Positions 29,490 to 40,320 of a DNA stretch of 64,000 nt are shown here, one piece after another (position 1 is the stretch's first letter; each line of letters opens with the position of its first letter). A program made the position numbers and the translations under genes. Source of the stretch: an uncultured Mycoplasmatota bacterium (GTDB lineage Bacteria; Bacillota_I; Bacilli_A; RF39; UBA660); NCBI GenBank assembly GCA_946629885.1, contig CAMOYI010000014.1:2013-66012 (forward strand), in the 5' to 3' direction. Under the pieces are notes generated by a model that searched no databases, was not told where the DNA came from, and was given only the letters and a program-made list of their open reading frames with translations.

Positions 29490-31397
29490 TTATTCCTGAT
29501 CTCCTTTTTTTTCTTTTGTTTTTTTCTCTTTTATTTCGTATTTTGAAATTTTTCCTGACTCTACAAGCTCCTCAATTTCTTCTTTAGTGATTGTTTCATG
29601 TTCGATTAAGACATCACTAATTTTAAATACCAAATCTTTGTTCTCTTTTAGAATTTTAGTTGCCTGCTTATAACAACTGTCCATTATTTTTCTTACTTCC
29701 TGGTCAATTTCCAACGCAACTGTATCACTGAAGTTCTTAGCTTTATCATAGTCTCTACCTAGGAATACATTGCCTTGTTTTTCTTCTAACTGTACTGGGC
29801 CTAAGTCACTCATTCCGTATTCAGTTACCATTGATCTTGCAATTCTGGTAGCTTTACTAAAGTCATCTGATGCTCCAGTGCTTATTTCGCCAAAGAACAA
29901 CTCTTCTGAAACTCGACCACCTAATAACCCTGTTATCTGTGCTAATAGTTCATTCTTAGTTGCTAGGTTCATTTTTTCTTCTTTTGGAAGCATCATTGTA
30001 TATCCACCAGCCATACCGCGTGGTATGATTGTAATTTTTTGTACATCTGAGGCATCATCCAATTTTATTCCTATTACAGCGTGACCAGCTTCATGTAAAC
30101 TGACAAGCTTCTTCTCTTTATCAGTAATTTTTCTACTTACCTTTGCTGGTCCCATCAAAACTCTATCGGTTGCTTCATCTATCTCGTCCATACTAATGGA
30201 ATTTTTATTTCTTCTAACAGCAAGAAGTGCGGATTCGTTTAATAAATTCTCTAAATCAGCTCCACTGAAACCTGGAGTTCTTCTCGACAAATTTTTTAAG
30301 CTTACATCTTCAGCTAACTTTTTGTTTCTTGCATGAACTTTTAATATTTCTTCTCTTTCAGACGCATCTGGGTAATTGACTGTTACCTGTCTATCGAATC
30401 TACCTGGTCTTAATAGTGCCGGATCCAATACATCAGGTCTATTGGTTGCAGCAATTATTATAATTCCCTCATTTGCACCAAATCCATCCATTTCGGTTAG
30501 TAACTGGTTAAGTGTCTGTTCACGTTCATCGTGACCTCCACCTATTCCTGTTCCTCTCTGTCTTCCGACTGCATCGATCTCATCGATAAATATTAAGCAA
30601 GGCGCATTGTGTTTTGCTTCTTTAAACATATCTCTAACACGACTCGCACCTACTCCGACGAATAGTTCTACAAAGTCAGAACCACTTATATAGTAGAACG
30701 GTACATTTGCTTCTCCAGCAACAGCTTTTGCCAGCAATGTTTTACCTGTTCCAGGAGGTCCCACTAATAAAACACCTTTAGGTATCCTAGCCCCAAGTTT
30801 TTGGAATTTCTTTGGATTTTTCAAGAAGTCAATCAACTCGCGGACTTCTTCTTTTTCTTCTTTAAGACCTGCAACATCAGTAAATTTTACCTTTCCGCCG
30901 TCTGCATTAAGTTTAGCAGTGCTCTTACCAAAATCCATCGACTTGTTGTTTCCACCAGCTATACGGCTAAACAAGTAGATAGATAAGAATACAAGAACCA
31001 CTAGTGGCAAGACGTCTACAATGATTGAAATAACTGAAATACTTCCTGGATCTTGATTTGTAACTATTTTGAACTCCATTGTATCTGCATAGTTCAATAC
31101 TTTTTCCATTACTGCTTCGGAATATGGCACTTTAACAGTAAATGATTCCATTTTGGCATAATCTTTTAATTTACCTTCTATTACATATATACTTGATCCG
31201 GATTTTGGGGTAATAGAAATTTCTTCGACGTTGCCCTTTGTAACATCCGCAATAAATTCATCATACGTCTTTTCATGAACTACATTTTTAGATAAACCAT
31301 AAAAGTATATAGCACCTAAGATCATTACGATCAACAAACCATACATGGCATATGATCTCATATTAATATTTCTTTTTTTATTTATTGGATTTTTCAT
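29490..31397 (-). CDS. ftsH: ATP-dependent zinc metalloprotease FtsH
   Basis: AAA module GPPGTGKT...DEIDAVG, HEAGHA zinc motif and an N-terminal TM segment. Confidence 0.95.
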   Translation of the reverse strand: MKNPINKKRNINMRSYAMYGLLIVMILGAIYFYGLSKNVVHEKTYDEFIADVTKGNVEEISITPKSGSSIYVIEGKLKDYAKMESFTVKVPYSEAVMEKVLNYADTMEFKIVTNQDPGSISVISIIVDVLPLVVLVFLSIYLFSRIAGGNNKSMDFGKSTAKLNADGGKVKFTDVAGLKEEKEEVRELIDFLKNPKKFQKLGARIPKGVLLVGPPGTGKTLLAKAVAGEANVPFYYISGSDFVELFVGVGASRVRDMFKEAKHNAPCLIFIDEIDAVGRQRGTGIGGGHDEREQTLNQLLTEMDGFGANEGIIIIAATNRPDVLDPALLRPGRFDRQVTVNYPDASEREEILKVHARNKKLAEDVSLKNLSRRTPGFSGADLENLLNESALLAVRRNKNSISMDEIDEATDRVLMGPAKVSRKITDKEKKLVSLHEAGHAVIGIKLDDASDVQKITIIPRGMAGGYTMMLPKEEKMNLATKNELLAQITGLLGGRVSEELFFGEISTGASDDFSKATRIARSMVTEYGMSDLGPVQLEEKQGNVFLGRDYDKAKNFSDTVALEIDQEVRKIMDSCYKQATKILKENKDLVFKISDVLIEHETITKEEIEELVESGKISKYEIKEKKTKEKKGDQE

Positions 31398-32727
31398 CTT
31401 TATTTTCCTTTCTTGTGTACTTAAGTATTATATCATATTTTTGATTAATGTCATTATCAAATTTACTTTTCTTAATTCCTGGTATCCAAAGAATGTTATC
31501 CTCGGAATCAACTACTATTGGATAACGGTCTCTTAAAGATGGCGAAATTTTTTTATCGATAAAAATTTGTTTGACTTTCTGACTTCCTTGAAGATTTTTA
31601 ACCATGATTCTATCTCCTGTTTTTCTGCTTCTTATATATAGTGGCAAGCTTATGTCTTTCGAGTTTATTCTAATACAATTATTGCTGGTATCATCAGATG
31701 TATCAACAATTTCTATAATATGTCTGGAATCTATAATATTAGAGTCATCTAAAGGAATTTTATATCCTTCAATGTCTTTCTTTTTACAAATAATTAATTT
31801 GTTATATTCTCTTCTTACTTCATATTTCTTAGGCAAGGAAAAAATAAAATTTTTATTAGTGTTCAATTTTTCTATAATCTTAGTTACAGTCTTTTTAGAT
31901 AGTAAGTCTATATCATCACCATAAATTATTGATAGAATTTTTTCTAATTCACACTCTTTTATGTAGTCATCTAATTGTAAATAATTGTTTAAATCTATAT
32001 AGTTATCCACAAAATTTTTTTTCATTTCTCTGTCTACAACATCGCTAATGTATTTTGCAGCTTTTTCTAATTCTTGTGAGTACTGTAAATATTTTTCATG
32101 AACTTTGGGATTTTCCCTTTTTAAAAAAGGTACTACTAAGTGTCTAAATCTATTTCGCGTGTAGTTATCACTGTCGTTAGTTGCATCCAGAAAATATTTA
32201 ATATTCTTCTCATTAAGATATTTAAGTATATCATCTTTTGTATAAAAGACGAGTGGTTTAATCATCAAGTATCCCTTTTCATTAAATAGCTTTGAAAAGC
32301 CTAAATATCCTTTCAAATTTGAACCTCTCGATATTCTCATTAGTATGGTCTCTATTAAATCATCGCCGTGGTGTGCAGTTGCAATATACTTTGTATTATA
32401 TTTACATGCAAGTGATTTATAAAAATCATACCTCTTTTTTCTATAATAATACTCATTTCCATTAATACCTTTTTCTAGTTCAAGCGATTCGAATATTATA
32501 TTATTTTCTTCACAGAATTTTTTTAAGTACTCAAACTCTAATTTACTCTCACTACGAATGTTGTGATTAACATGGGCACATACAACATTATATTTGTTTT
32601 CGTGAAGCATGTTTATTAAACACATAGAATCTGGTCCACTCGAACAACCGACTATGATATAGTCGTTCTTTGAGAAATGTAACGATTCTAGAAAATCTAA
32701 AGATTGCTTCATTGTACTTGCTCCCAT
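31378..32727 (-). CDS. tilS: tRNA(Ile)-lysidine synthetase
   Basis: PP-loop SGGPDS in GCSSGPDSMCL. The start may be the ATG at 32712. Confidence 0.85.
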   Translation of the reverse strand: MGASTMKQSLDFLESLHFSKNDYIIVGCSSGPDSMCLINMLHENKYNVVCAHVNHNIRSESKLEFEYLKKFCEENNIIFESLELEKGINGNEYYYRKKRYDFYKSLACKYNTKYIATAHHGDDLIETILMRISRGSNLKGYLGFSKLFNEKGYLMIKPLVFYTKDDILKYLNEKNIKYFLDATNDSDNYTRNRFRHLVVPFLKRENPKVHEKYLQYSQELEKAAKYISDVVDREMKKNFVDNYIDLNNYLQLDDYIKECELEKILSIIYGDDIDLLSKKTVTKIIEKLNTNKNFIFSLPKKYEVRREYNKLIICKKKDIEGYKIPLDDSNIIDSRHIIEIVDTSDDTSNNCIRINSKDISLPLYIRSRKTGDRIMVKNLQGSQKVKQIFIDKKISPSLRDRYPIVVDSEDNILWIPGIKKSKFDNDINQKYDIILKYTRKENKDEKSNK

Positions 32728-32780
32728 TCGTGATTATTCTATATTATTTATTAGAATTTTTCAACTATATAAAAAGAGCA

Positions 32781-33245
32781 CTACTTAGTTACTCCATTTA
32801 TATACTTATTTATCCATTTAGAAAATTCATCTACATCTTGATACTTTAAAATATCATCGTCTTTTTCCGCATCTAGGTAAGCGATTATTTTATTATTTTT
32901 AACAACTATAATGGAAGGCGCATATTTTACTTCACTATAAAACGTTGTCTTCTTAAATTCTTCAAACGTCATTGATAAAAAGTTGATTTTGTTATTCTTC
33001 ATATATGATAAAAAGATTTCATCGCAAGGTATTTTAAACGTACAGTAATTGTTATAAACAAATAACACATAATTTTGATCACTTTTTTTTAATAGTTCCT
33101 CGCTAGTAGTTTCGATAAATTCCCCTATACCATAATAATCTGCTGTGATACCGATTCTATTGTTATTTGTTTTATATAAAGTGTATGTTACTACTGCCAT
33201 TGCCACAATGACACCGACTATGATAAATACTATTTTCTTTTTCAT
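32781..33245 (-). CDS. Hypothetical membrane-anchored protein
   Basis: N-terminal TM segment and a 154-aa ORF. Confidence 0.45.
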   Translation of the reverse strand: MKKKIVFIIVGVIVAMAVVTYTLYKTNNNRIGITADYYGIGEFIETTSEELLKKSDQNYVLFVYNNYCTFKIPCDEIFLSYMKNNKINFLSMTFEEFKKTTFYSEVKYAPSIIVVKNNKIIAYLDAEKDDDILKYQDVDEFSKWINKYINGVTK

Positions 33246-33321
33246 ATTTTAACTCCAATCTTTTGTAAACAAAAAAATTATACATTAAAATATAATTTTT
33301 TTCACTAAAAATTAAGTTGAG

Positions 33322-34017
33322 TTATTTACAATTCTCGTTTAAACTTAATGGTATTTTATATTCAGTCGTTTTGTCATCTTGATGGGCGTCAATTATCAGA
33401 TAGAGACTATCAGTAGTATAAGTTTTACAAAGACTTTTATAGTTATCTACTACAAAGGTGAGATCCTTTAAAAAGTCTTCTAGTCTTATCTTATCTTTGT
33501 CATATGTATACGAACTGATTTCTGAGGTTATATTATTATCCTTTTCGAATAGACGGCATTCGATCTTATCATATTTGGTTTCATCGTTACCACCACAGTA
33601 AGTGACATTGGTTATGTATATTGCCGATTTTTTATCGTTGTAAGATATGTTTCCAGAAACTGTAAAATTAGGGCAACTTGCACTTAAAGTTTTAAATTTA
33701 AAATCACTTGGTCTATTAATTAGCAGTAATACGATGACGATAATAATTGAACAGATAAAAAGTAGAACTGCAATAATTTTTTTTATATTTTTTTTCTTAT
33801 CTATAGGATTATCCAACAAATCGTTAATATCTAGTCCATAATCTTTACATATCTCTCTCAATATTGAAACATCTGGTAAATTTTTGGCGTTTTCCCATTT
33901 GCTTACCGCTTGATATGTAACATTGTACTTGTCGGCAAATTCTTTTTGGGTTAGTCCACTTTTTATCCTTGCATTTTTGATTATTTTACTAATTTTTTCT
34001 GGATTCATTTTTTTCAC
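33322..34017 (-). CDS. Membrane-anchored XRE-family HTH regulator (second copy of this architecture)
   Basis: HTH LTQKEFADKYNVTYQAVSKWENAK, then a TM segment, then a roughly 130-aa extracytoplasmic domain. Confidence 0.65.
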   Translation of the reverse strand: MKKMNPEKISKIIKNARIKSGLTQKEFADKYNVTYQAVSKWENAKNLPDVSILREICKDYGLDINDLLDNPIDKKKNIKKIIAVLLFICSIIIVIVLLLINRPSDFKFKTLSASCPNFTVSGNISYNDKKSAIYITNVTYCGGNDETKYDKIECRLFEKDNNITSEISSYTYDKDKIRLEDFLKDLTFVVDNYKSLCKTYTTDSLYLIIDAHQDDKTTEYKIPLSLNENCK

Positions 34018-34255
34018 CGTGTTTCTTGTTGTAAATTATTTTTGCTATTGAATATGCTGCTATTATTGCCCATATTATTTGAAGAGTAAAGGAAAACCAA
34101 GCATTTTTAGGATATAACCCTAAAGCCATAAAAGTACCTGCAAGTAGATTTAACAATTGATAAATAAAACCATTTTTAATTTTATTTGTAGACAATAATC
34201 CATATGCTATAAGAACTAATACCATTCCAATCCAACCTACTATATCAAAAAACAT
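33989..34255 (-). CDS. Small hypothetical membrane protein
   Basis: 88 aa with two predicted TM helices. Confidence 0.4.
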   Translation of the reverse strand: MFFDIVGWIGMVLVLIAYGLLSTNKIKNGFIYQLLNLLAGTFMALGLYPKNAWFSFTLQIIWAIIAAYSIAKIIYNKKHGEKNESRKN

Positions 34256-34309
34256 CTTATCACTTCCTAAGTCAAAATAATTTTAAATTAATAATTAATT
34301 AATGTCAAA

Positions 34310-34711
34310 TTATTTATTTTCTTTATAATCATAGTCCCATAGTCCAAGTTTACCATTGATATATATGGGATCAATTTTCTCGACATTTTCGAGTTTAAAT
34401 CCATAACCACTCCATGCCCCTTTATCAATTATACCTCGATAAACTAGTGCGTTTTTTGAAGCAACTCTATTTACAAATTCATCGTTTACATATTCTGAAT
34501 CAGTTAATCTTACCTTTGCTATTATACATCCGGTTGGATATTCAAGGTTATAATCACTAAATCTTTTTATCGCTTCTTTATCGACGCCTTTACCAGCATG
34601 TATTAGTAAATCACCTCTATACTTTGTGTTCCATGTTCTAAACTCATATTCTTTTAGTCCTTCAGCAATCAGTGTTGCCCATGGTTGTCGAATTGTTAAT
34701 ACTTTCATCAA
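34310..34711 (-). CDS. ASCH domain protein
   Basis: VLTIRQPWATLIAEGLKEYEFRTW, the N-terminal ASCH/PUA-like signature. Confidence 0.65.
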   Translation of the reverse strand: MMKVLTIRQPWATLIAEGLKEYEFRTWNTKYRGDLLIHAGKGVDKEAIKRFSDYNLEYPTGCIIAKVRLTDSEYVNDEFVNRVASKNALVYRGIIDKGAWSGYGFKLENVEKIDPIYINGKLGLWDYDYKENK

Positions 34712-34712
34712 A

Positions 34713-35282
34713 TCACTTCTCTCCCATTAAAATTATATATATTTCTTCCCAACTGCCAACTTTTAATATTCTATTATCACTAAAGTCACTATTTTGCGGC
34801 GTATTCATCATAATTACACGGCACTTCGTATTGCTTGCTGCAAGAGTACACTCCTTTATCGAGTCATCGATAAAATAGTCATAATCTTCTAAATACTTAT
34901 ATTTCTCATTAGCCTTAGTGATTAGCTCGTCATACGGAATATTATTTATTGCGAGGTACTCAGGTGTTATTTCCCCGGCAATATCATCTTCCTTATTACC
35001 TCTATTTGTTATAAAAGTAATTTGAGCTCCATTCTTCTTTAGCATTCTTATATAGTAGGGAGCTTTTTCAATAACAGGTATATTTAATAAATTTTTATTA
35101 TAATAGTTACTAATAAAGTATTTAAGTTCTTCCTTTGACCAACTATCGCTTCGAGGTATACCTTTTGTATAATCGATTTTATTATTTTTTCTCAAAATCT
35201 CTCTATCATATAAAACTGCGAGTTCGCCATAAAATTCAGTAGTTTTACATATTGTATTGTCTATATCTATTGCTATTTTCAT
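34713..35282 (-). CDS. HAD-superfamily hydrolase (5'-nucleotidase-like)
   Basis: N-terminal DxD motif in MKIAIDIDNTIC. Confidence 0.55.
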   Translation of the reverse strand: MKIAIDIDNTICKTTEFYGELAVLYDREILRKNNKIDYTKGIPRSDSWSKEELKYFISNYYNKNLLNIPVIEKAPYYIRMLKKNGAQITFITNRGNKEDDIAGEITPEYLAINNIPYDELITKANEKYKYLEDYDYFIDDSIKECTLAASNTKCRVIMMNTPQNSDFSDNRILKVGSWEEIYIILMGEK

Positions 35283-35379
35283 AATTTATCCTCGATAATT
35301 TTTACAACGTCATATAGTGTATCAAATCCGGCTGTAGTGTTTAAGTGCCCTCCTCCACTTACGATGATTTCTTTAGCGC

Positions 35380-35853
35380 TCAATTTTTTGCAAATTCATT
35401 TAATTTATCTTGAGGAATATACGGATCATTATCACCATATATACAAAAGATGGAGTTTGATAATTTTTTAATTTCTAACAATGCCTCGTCGCTCATATAG
35501 AATGATTTATTAACTGCACTATGGAATGTATCTTCGCCTTTTGCAAAAAAATTGTTAAAGCCACTAACAAGTATTAATTTATCTATCTTTATTTTATTTT
35601 CGATTAAGTACTTTATTGTAAACATGCATCCGCTTGAGTGACCTATCATAATTGTATCACCATTTATATATCCATACTCTTTATAATTATCTAAAATAGG
35701 TTTCCAATATTTATAAAAATGATGTTTTTCATCTATTGGATATTGCGGTATTATAACTTGTAAATTATCGCTATCAATTTTTTCCTTAACATAAGGAAAC
35801 CAATTTTCAATGTTACTCCCTTTAAAGCCGTGATTTATAATAACATATTTCAT
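35380..35853 (-). CDS. Alpha/beta-hydrolase (RBBP9/YdeN-like serine hydrolase)
   Basis: Nucleophile elbow GHSSGC. Start trimmed to MKYVIINHG (ATG at 35853, GGAGG RBS). Confidence 0.6.
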   Translation of the reverse strand: MKYVIINHGFKGSNIENWFPYVKEKIDSDNLQVIIPQYPIDEKHHFYKYWKPILDNYKEYGYINGDTIMIGHSSGCMFTIKYLIENKIKIDKLILVSGFNNFFAKGEDTFHSAVNKSFYMSDEALLEIKKLSNSIFCIYGDNDPYIPQDKLNEFAKN

Positions 35854-35944
35854 ATTAACCTCCTCCATAATAACTATAGTAACTAAATCAACTAACAGTA
35901 TATCACAACCAGAGCTATCAAACAAATCATTAAATCTATTATTA

Positions 35945-35980
35945 TTCGGCAGAAAAAAAGCCCGAATAATCAGACTTTTC
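35945..35980 (-). terminator. Intrinsic terminator downstream of the phosphatase gene
   Basis: Minus-strand hairpin AGUCUGA-UUAU-UCGGGCU followed by U7. Shares the 16-nt aaaaaaagcccgaata motif with the rpsI terminator. Confidence 0.5.
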
Positions 35981-36113
35981 AATAAGTTTTTTTATCTCTT
36001 TGTAAATTAGCGTCCCTTTATTTATGGGACTTTGCAGGACTTTTGTAGCCTACGTGTAGTCTACATAACAGGTCTTATACGTTCTTAGTAGTATCTAAGT
36101 AATTTTTTACAAT

Positions 36114-36668
36114 TTATTTGATTATATACTTTTTATATTCACAATTTGAAGAAGCAAATTTTAAATAATCATCATATATTGTTTTAATTTCAAATCCATT
36201 AAAATATGCATCTAACATACCACTAGAATCTTTATGACCGACTATAAGGATGTTACAATTTGCTTTTCCATAATCTTTTATTAAATCTTCTATGAAACTA
36301 TATATTCTTTTTTTATAATCTTCTAGATCCTCAACACCAGAATATATTTTTTTATCCGGAACTGTGCCGGTAATTTTTATTTCTGATAATGGTAATCCAT
36401 CTGCGCTACCCAAATCATAAACATCTAATCTTTCATCAATTATAATTTTATCACTTCCAGAGATGATTTTTGCAGTCTGAACAGCTCTTTCCTGAGGTGA
36501 AGAATAAATATAATCAAAAGTAATATTTGCTTCTTCAAATTTTCTATTTAGTAACTTAGCTTGTTTAATTCCCTCTTCATTTAATGGTAGCCCATTTCTA
36601 CCTTGAGCTTTGCGTTCTAAATTCAAATCTGTTTGTCCATGTCTTACTACATATATTACCATGTGCAA
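36114..36668 (-). CDS. Histidine phosphatase family protein (phosphoglycerate mutase-like)
   Basis: RHG motif VVRHGQTDLN. Confidence 0.7.
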   Translation of the reverse strand: MHMVIYVVRHGQTDLNLERKAQGRNGLPLNEEGIKQAKLLNRKFEEANITFDYIYSSPQERAVQTAKIISGSDKIIIDERLDVYDLGSADGLPLSEIKITGTVPDKKIYSGVEDLEDYKKRIYSFIEDLIKDYGKANCNILIVGHKDSSGMLDAYFNGFEIKTIYDDYLKFASSNCEYKKYIIK

Positions 36669-36807
36669 TCACCATCCAATATAATTATATCATATGAATT
36701 GTTAATTTGTATACCTGGCTGGTTCTACTAGCATGAGATAAATAAAGGTTTGCGAAGGTCGTGTAGCCTACGACCTCTAAAAAGCGCATATTTTCTATAT
36801 TTCGACA

Positions 36808-36836
36808 TCAAAAAAAGCCCGAATATCGGACTTTCC
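36808..36836 (-). terminator. Intrinsic terminator of rplM-rpsI
   Basis: Minus-strand hairpin GUCCGA-UAU-UCGGGC followed by U7. Confidence 0.6.
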
Positions 36837-36842
36837 AAAATA

Positions 36843-37256
36843 TTATCTCTTACTGAATTGTGGTGCTCTACGAGCTTTCTTAAGGCCTGGTTTCTTACGT
36901 TCTTTAATTCTAGAATCTCTAGTAATTAATCCGTTAGCTTTAAGAATCTTGCGATAAGAATCATCTCTAGTTTGATCAGTCTCAGCGTCATATTCAAGCA
37001 AACCTTTTGCAATAGCTAATCTTATTGCGCCAGTTTGACCAGAGAATCCGCCGCCTTTAGCAACAACTGTAATATCGAATGTGTTTTCGTTATTTGTTAC
37101 AACTAAAGGTTGTTTTAAATCCATTACTAAAGTAGCAAAAGGCATATATTCATTTACATCTACACCGTTTACTGTAATCTTACCAGTTCCTGAAACCATT
37201 TTGATTTGTGCAACTGATTGTTTTCTACGACCTGTAGCAGTTATTGTCTTCTTCAT
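36843..37256 (-). CDS. rpsI: 30S ribosomal protein S9
   Basis: C-terminal ...[12 protein letters not shown] and typical S9 length. Confidence 0.95.
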   Translation of the reverse strand: MKKTITATGRRKQSVAQIKMVSGTGKITVNGVDVNEYMPFATLVMDLKQPLVVTNNENTFDITVVAKGGGFSGQTGAIRLAIAKGLLEYDAETDQTRDDSYRKILKANGLITRDSRIKERKKPGLKKARRAPQFSKR

Positions 37257-37269
37257 TCTAATGCCTCCC

Positions 37270-37701
37270 TTACTTTACTTCAATCTTTTCTGGTTTTTGA
37301 GCTATTTGTTCATATTCGCTACCACCATAGACGAATAATTTCTTACCCATTTGTCTACCAAGACGTCCATGAGGAAGCATTCCTTTAACAGCTCTTTCTA
37401 CCATTTCTTCTGGATAGTTTGTAATCATTTCTTTTGCTGTTCTTTCTCTTAATCCTCCTGGGAATCCGCTGTGATTATAATACTTCTTATCATCGAGCTT
37501 CTTTCCAGTTAAATTTACTTTAGAGGCATTAATGATTATTACATAATCTCCACAATCAACGTGTGGTGTATAAGTAACCTTATGTTTACCTCTTAAAATT
37601 GTTGCAGCTTTAGTAGCAAGACGTCCTAGTGTCTCACCTTCTGCATCGATCAAATACCATTTTCTAGATATTTCTTCTTTCTTTTGCATAAATGTGTTCA
37701 T
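37270..37701 (-). CDS. rplM: 50S ribosomal protein L13
   Basis: [22 protein letters not shown]. Start trimmed to the ATG at 37701. Confidence 0.9.
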   Translation of the reverse strand: MNTFMQKKEEISRKWYLIDAEGETLGRLATKAATILRGKHKVTYTPHVDCGDYVIIINASKVNLTGKKLDDKKYYNHSGFPGGLRERTAKEMITNYPEEMVERAVKGMLPHGRLGRQMGKKLFVYGGSEYEQIAQKPEKIEVK

Positions 37702-37833
37702 ATTCTTTTTCCCTTTCAATTGTTCCATGTTATCAACTTCCCACATCGAAAACACTTCCCAAATAAAATGTACCGAATAAAATTATATTTTATCAGTGTC
37801 AAAATGTCAACAAATTTTGAGATTATTTCGCAC

Positions 37834-38559
37834 TTAATACTCAATTTCTTTTAAATATAGACCAGAAGCCGGCACCGGAGCATATTCTAATGCCTTTTTG
37901 CCAGTTTTTAACATGCTTTCTATTTGCAATTTATCTACCATTCTATCATTATATAAAATTAATATGCTAACTATATTTCTAACCATGTAAGTATAAAATG
38001 CTTTTCCACTTATTTCGATAATAAATTCTTCACCATCATAATACGTATTTATTTCATTAATTATACTTGTAGTGGTTTTATGTTTACCTACAACGAATGC
38101 TTTATAGTCGTGTTCTCCAATTAAAATTTTAGAAGCTTCGTCTACCATCTTTTTATCAATCTTTTTACAATAATTATATGTATAATCGTGTTTAATTGAA
38201 CTGTAGGGTCCTGTATTAATTCTATATAGATATGTTTTACTTTTTACAGAAAATCTGGCATGGAAATTTGTATCTTCAATTATTGAACAATCTTTAACAT
38301 ATAAGTAAGGCGATGTGGACCTGTTTAGATAGTATCTAAGCTTATAAGGTGTTGTATTTTTTTTAAGAAAAAACTGACATTTTTGATTTAAAGCATGCGT
38401 TCCTTTGTCTGTTCTTCCAGAAGATATGACCTTTACATCGGTTCCTTCCATTTTACTTAAAACCAATTCCAATTCTCCTTGTACGGTTTTACAATTTTTT
38501 AATTTCTGTAGGCCGTTATATTTCGATCCATCGTATTCTACTGTAATTAAATAATTCAT
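37834..38559 (-). CDS. truA: tRNA pseudouridine(38-40) synthase
   Basis: Catalytic motif SSGRTDKGTHA. Confidence 0.9.
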   Translation of the reverse strand: MNYLITVEYDGSKYNGLQKLKNCKTVQGELELVLSKMEGTDVKVISSGRTDKGTHALNQKCQFFLKKNTTPYKLRYYLNRSTSPYLYVKDCSIIEDTNFHARFSVKSKTYLYRINTGPYSSIKHDYTYNYCKKIDKKMVDEASKILIGEHDYKAFVVGKHKTTTSIINEINTYYDGEEFIIEISGKAFYTYMVRNIVSILILYNDRMVDKLQIESMLKTGKKALEYAPVPASGLYLKEIEY

Positions 38560-39182
38560 TTTTTAACACTTCTATATATTGCTTTTAACAAATCGCTTGG
38601 TTCTTTATAATATGACATCTTTGCTTTGCGGTCGTTTGCCATATCTACAAATTCCATTAATTCCGTCTTATGAGGTAGCATTTCTATATTTTTACCGGAA
38701 TAGTCGACATCAGCATTGTTTAATATTATATATTTCGTACAAGTTGGAACTATGTTATCTATATTATTCGATGATACAATTATTGTCTTGTCAATATCTT
38801 TTAAATTTCTTCTCAAACACTTTAATATTGAATTTAGTTGACCATAAGATAGACATGTGTCTATATGGTTTAAAAGTACGCTTTCACAAGATGAGAGACA
38901 AGCCTTTAATATTAGAACTTTCACTAATTCTCCAGATGATAAATTAAAGATCTTTTTATTTAATATATCATCAGTAATCTCTAATTCTTCCAATAACACA
39001 TAATATAATCTTTTTTGTCTTATCTTACTCAAGAATAAGTAAAATTTTACTGGATAATTGAAATGTGCAGATAGTACTTCGTATGAATTGATTAAACACG
39101 AGTCTATTTCATATAATCCATTAATTTCTTTTTTATCAAATGCCCTATTGAGTAGTTCTTTTTTTGAGATTCCTATTTCCAT
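38556..39182 (-). CDS. Truncated ABC-ATPase-like protein lacking Walker A (signature plus Walker-B half only)
   Basis: LSSGELVKVL (compare LSGGQ) and VLLNHID (compare hhhhDE), with no P-loop. Confidence 0.5.
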   Translation of the reverse strand: MEIGISKKELLNRAFDKKEINGLYEIDSCLINSYEVLSAHFNYPVKFYLFLSKIRQKRLYYVLLEELEITDDILNKKIFNLSSGELVKVLILKACLSSCESVLLNHIDTCLSYGQLNSILKCLRRNLKDIDKTIIVSSNNIDNIVPTCTKYIILNNADVDYSGKNIEMLPHKTELMEFVDMANDRKAKMSYYKEPSDLLKAIYRSVKK

Positions 39183-39958
39183 AACGCCTTCACCAACTTT
39201 TCATTTGTAGTATATACTTTTTTAATAAGACCGTAATTTCCCAATTCAATACTGAGTCCTACCGCAAGTGGTAACTTGAATCCTAACCTTTTAAGAAGCG
39301 TATCTGCTTGTAGTACTGTTAATGTATTGCCTTCCATAATCATCACAAAATTTTCAAGAACAAAAATTCTATTTCCGTATAGTGTTTCACTTAGATCATT
39401 TGTAACGTTAATTAGTGTCATTTCGTATTTCTTAATATAATCGATTACTCTATTTTTATCCTCTTTTGATAAGTTAACCAATAGGTTATCTATTGCTACA
39501 ACTTTTGGATGAATTATCAAGTATCTCAATATCTTAATTAAATTCTGTTTACCAAATGATAGTCTGTCTATATCCAATGATAAGACATCTTTTAGTCCAA
39601 AAAAGTCTACTATATCGTTGAATTTATCGAGTTTTTCACTAGAATCCACTGATAATTGTTCAATTTTACTCAGCAACTCTTGTTGGACTTTGTTAGCTGT
39701 AAATGGTAAATCCAAAATTACTACAATTTGTCGTTTTAATTCATCAGAACTATATTCACTAAAGGGTTTTCCTTTAAAATAACAAGAATCATTTGGTAAT
39801 TTGTGACACAACATTTTTAATAGTGTCGTTTTTCCTGAACCCATAGGTCCAACAATGCTTACTATATCCTTAGCATCGACATACATATTAAAATCATTAA
39901 ATGCATTAGATCCATTATATGAAAAATTAGTATGTCTAAATTCTATAATTTTCTCCAT
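39173..39958 (-). CDS. Degenerate ABC transporter ATP-binding protein (EcfA-like position; Walker A intact, catalytic Glu and H-loop His substituted)
   Basis: GPMGSGKTT Walker A, signature LSFGKQ, Walker B VVAIDN (the Glu is replaced by Asn), and no H-loop His. Confidence 0.55.
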   Translation of the reverse strand: MEKIIEFRHTNFSYNGSNAFNDFNMYVDAKDIVSIVGPMGSGKTTLLKMLCHKLPNDSCYFKGKPFSEYSSDELKRQIVVILDLPFTANKVQQELLSKIEQLSVDSSEKLDKFNDIVDFFGLKDVLSLDIDRLSFGKQNLIKILRYLIIHPKVVAIDNLLVNLSKEDKNRVIDYIKKYEMTLINVTNDLSETLYGNRIFVLENFVMIMEGNTLTVLQADTLLKRLGFKLPLAVGLSIELGNYGLIKKVYTTNEKLVKALWK

Positions 39959-40012
39959 AAACTTCCCTCTTATTCGTATTATATCATAAATAAATAATAA
40001 AAAAATAGTAGA

Positions 40013-40297
40013 TTATTCCACTATTCTGATAATTAATTCACCATTTTTTGAATATAAATATTTTTCTCTTGCAAACCTAGAAATATATTTTGGGTCTTTA
40101 AGTTTATTAATGTTTCCCTCAAGTATTGCTTCTTCCTCCAAAAGATCATTATATTGAGTCTCTAGTTTCTTTTTTTCCTGATAATTAGCGAATATCTTTG
40201 GCCAATAAGAAAACATCCTGTAACCTAAAATAGATACAAGTAAAATAATTACAAATAAATAAATACCCTTTCTTCTATTTGCTTTTTTATTTTTCAT
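40013..40297 (-). CDS. divIC: Septum formation initiator family protein (DivIC/FtsB-like)
   Basis: N-terminal TM segment plus coiled coil, positioned yabP-yabQ-divIC as in Bacillus. Confidence 0.6.
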   Translation of the reverse strand: MKNKKANRRKGIYLFVIILLVSILGYRMFSYWPKIFANYQEKKKLETQYNDLLEEEAILEGNINKLKDPKYISRFAREKYLYSKNGELIIRIVE

Positions 40298-40320
40298 TGT
40301 ATTACCTCACAATAATTATA

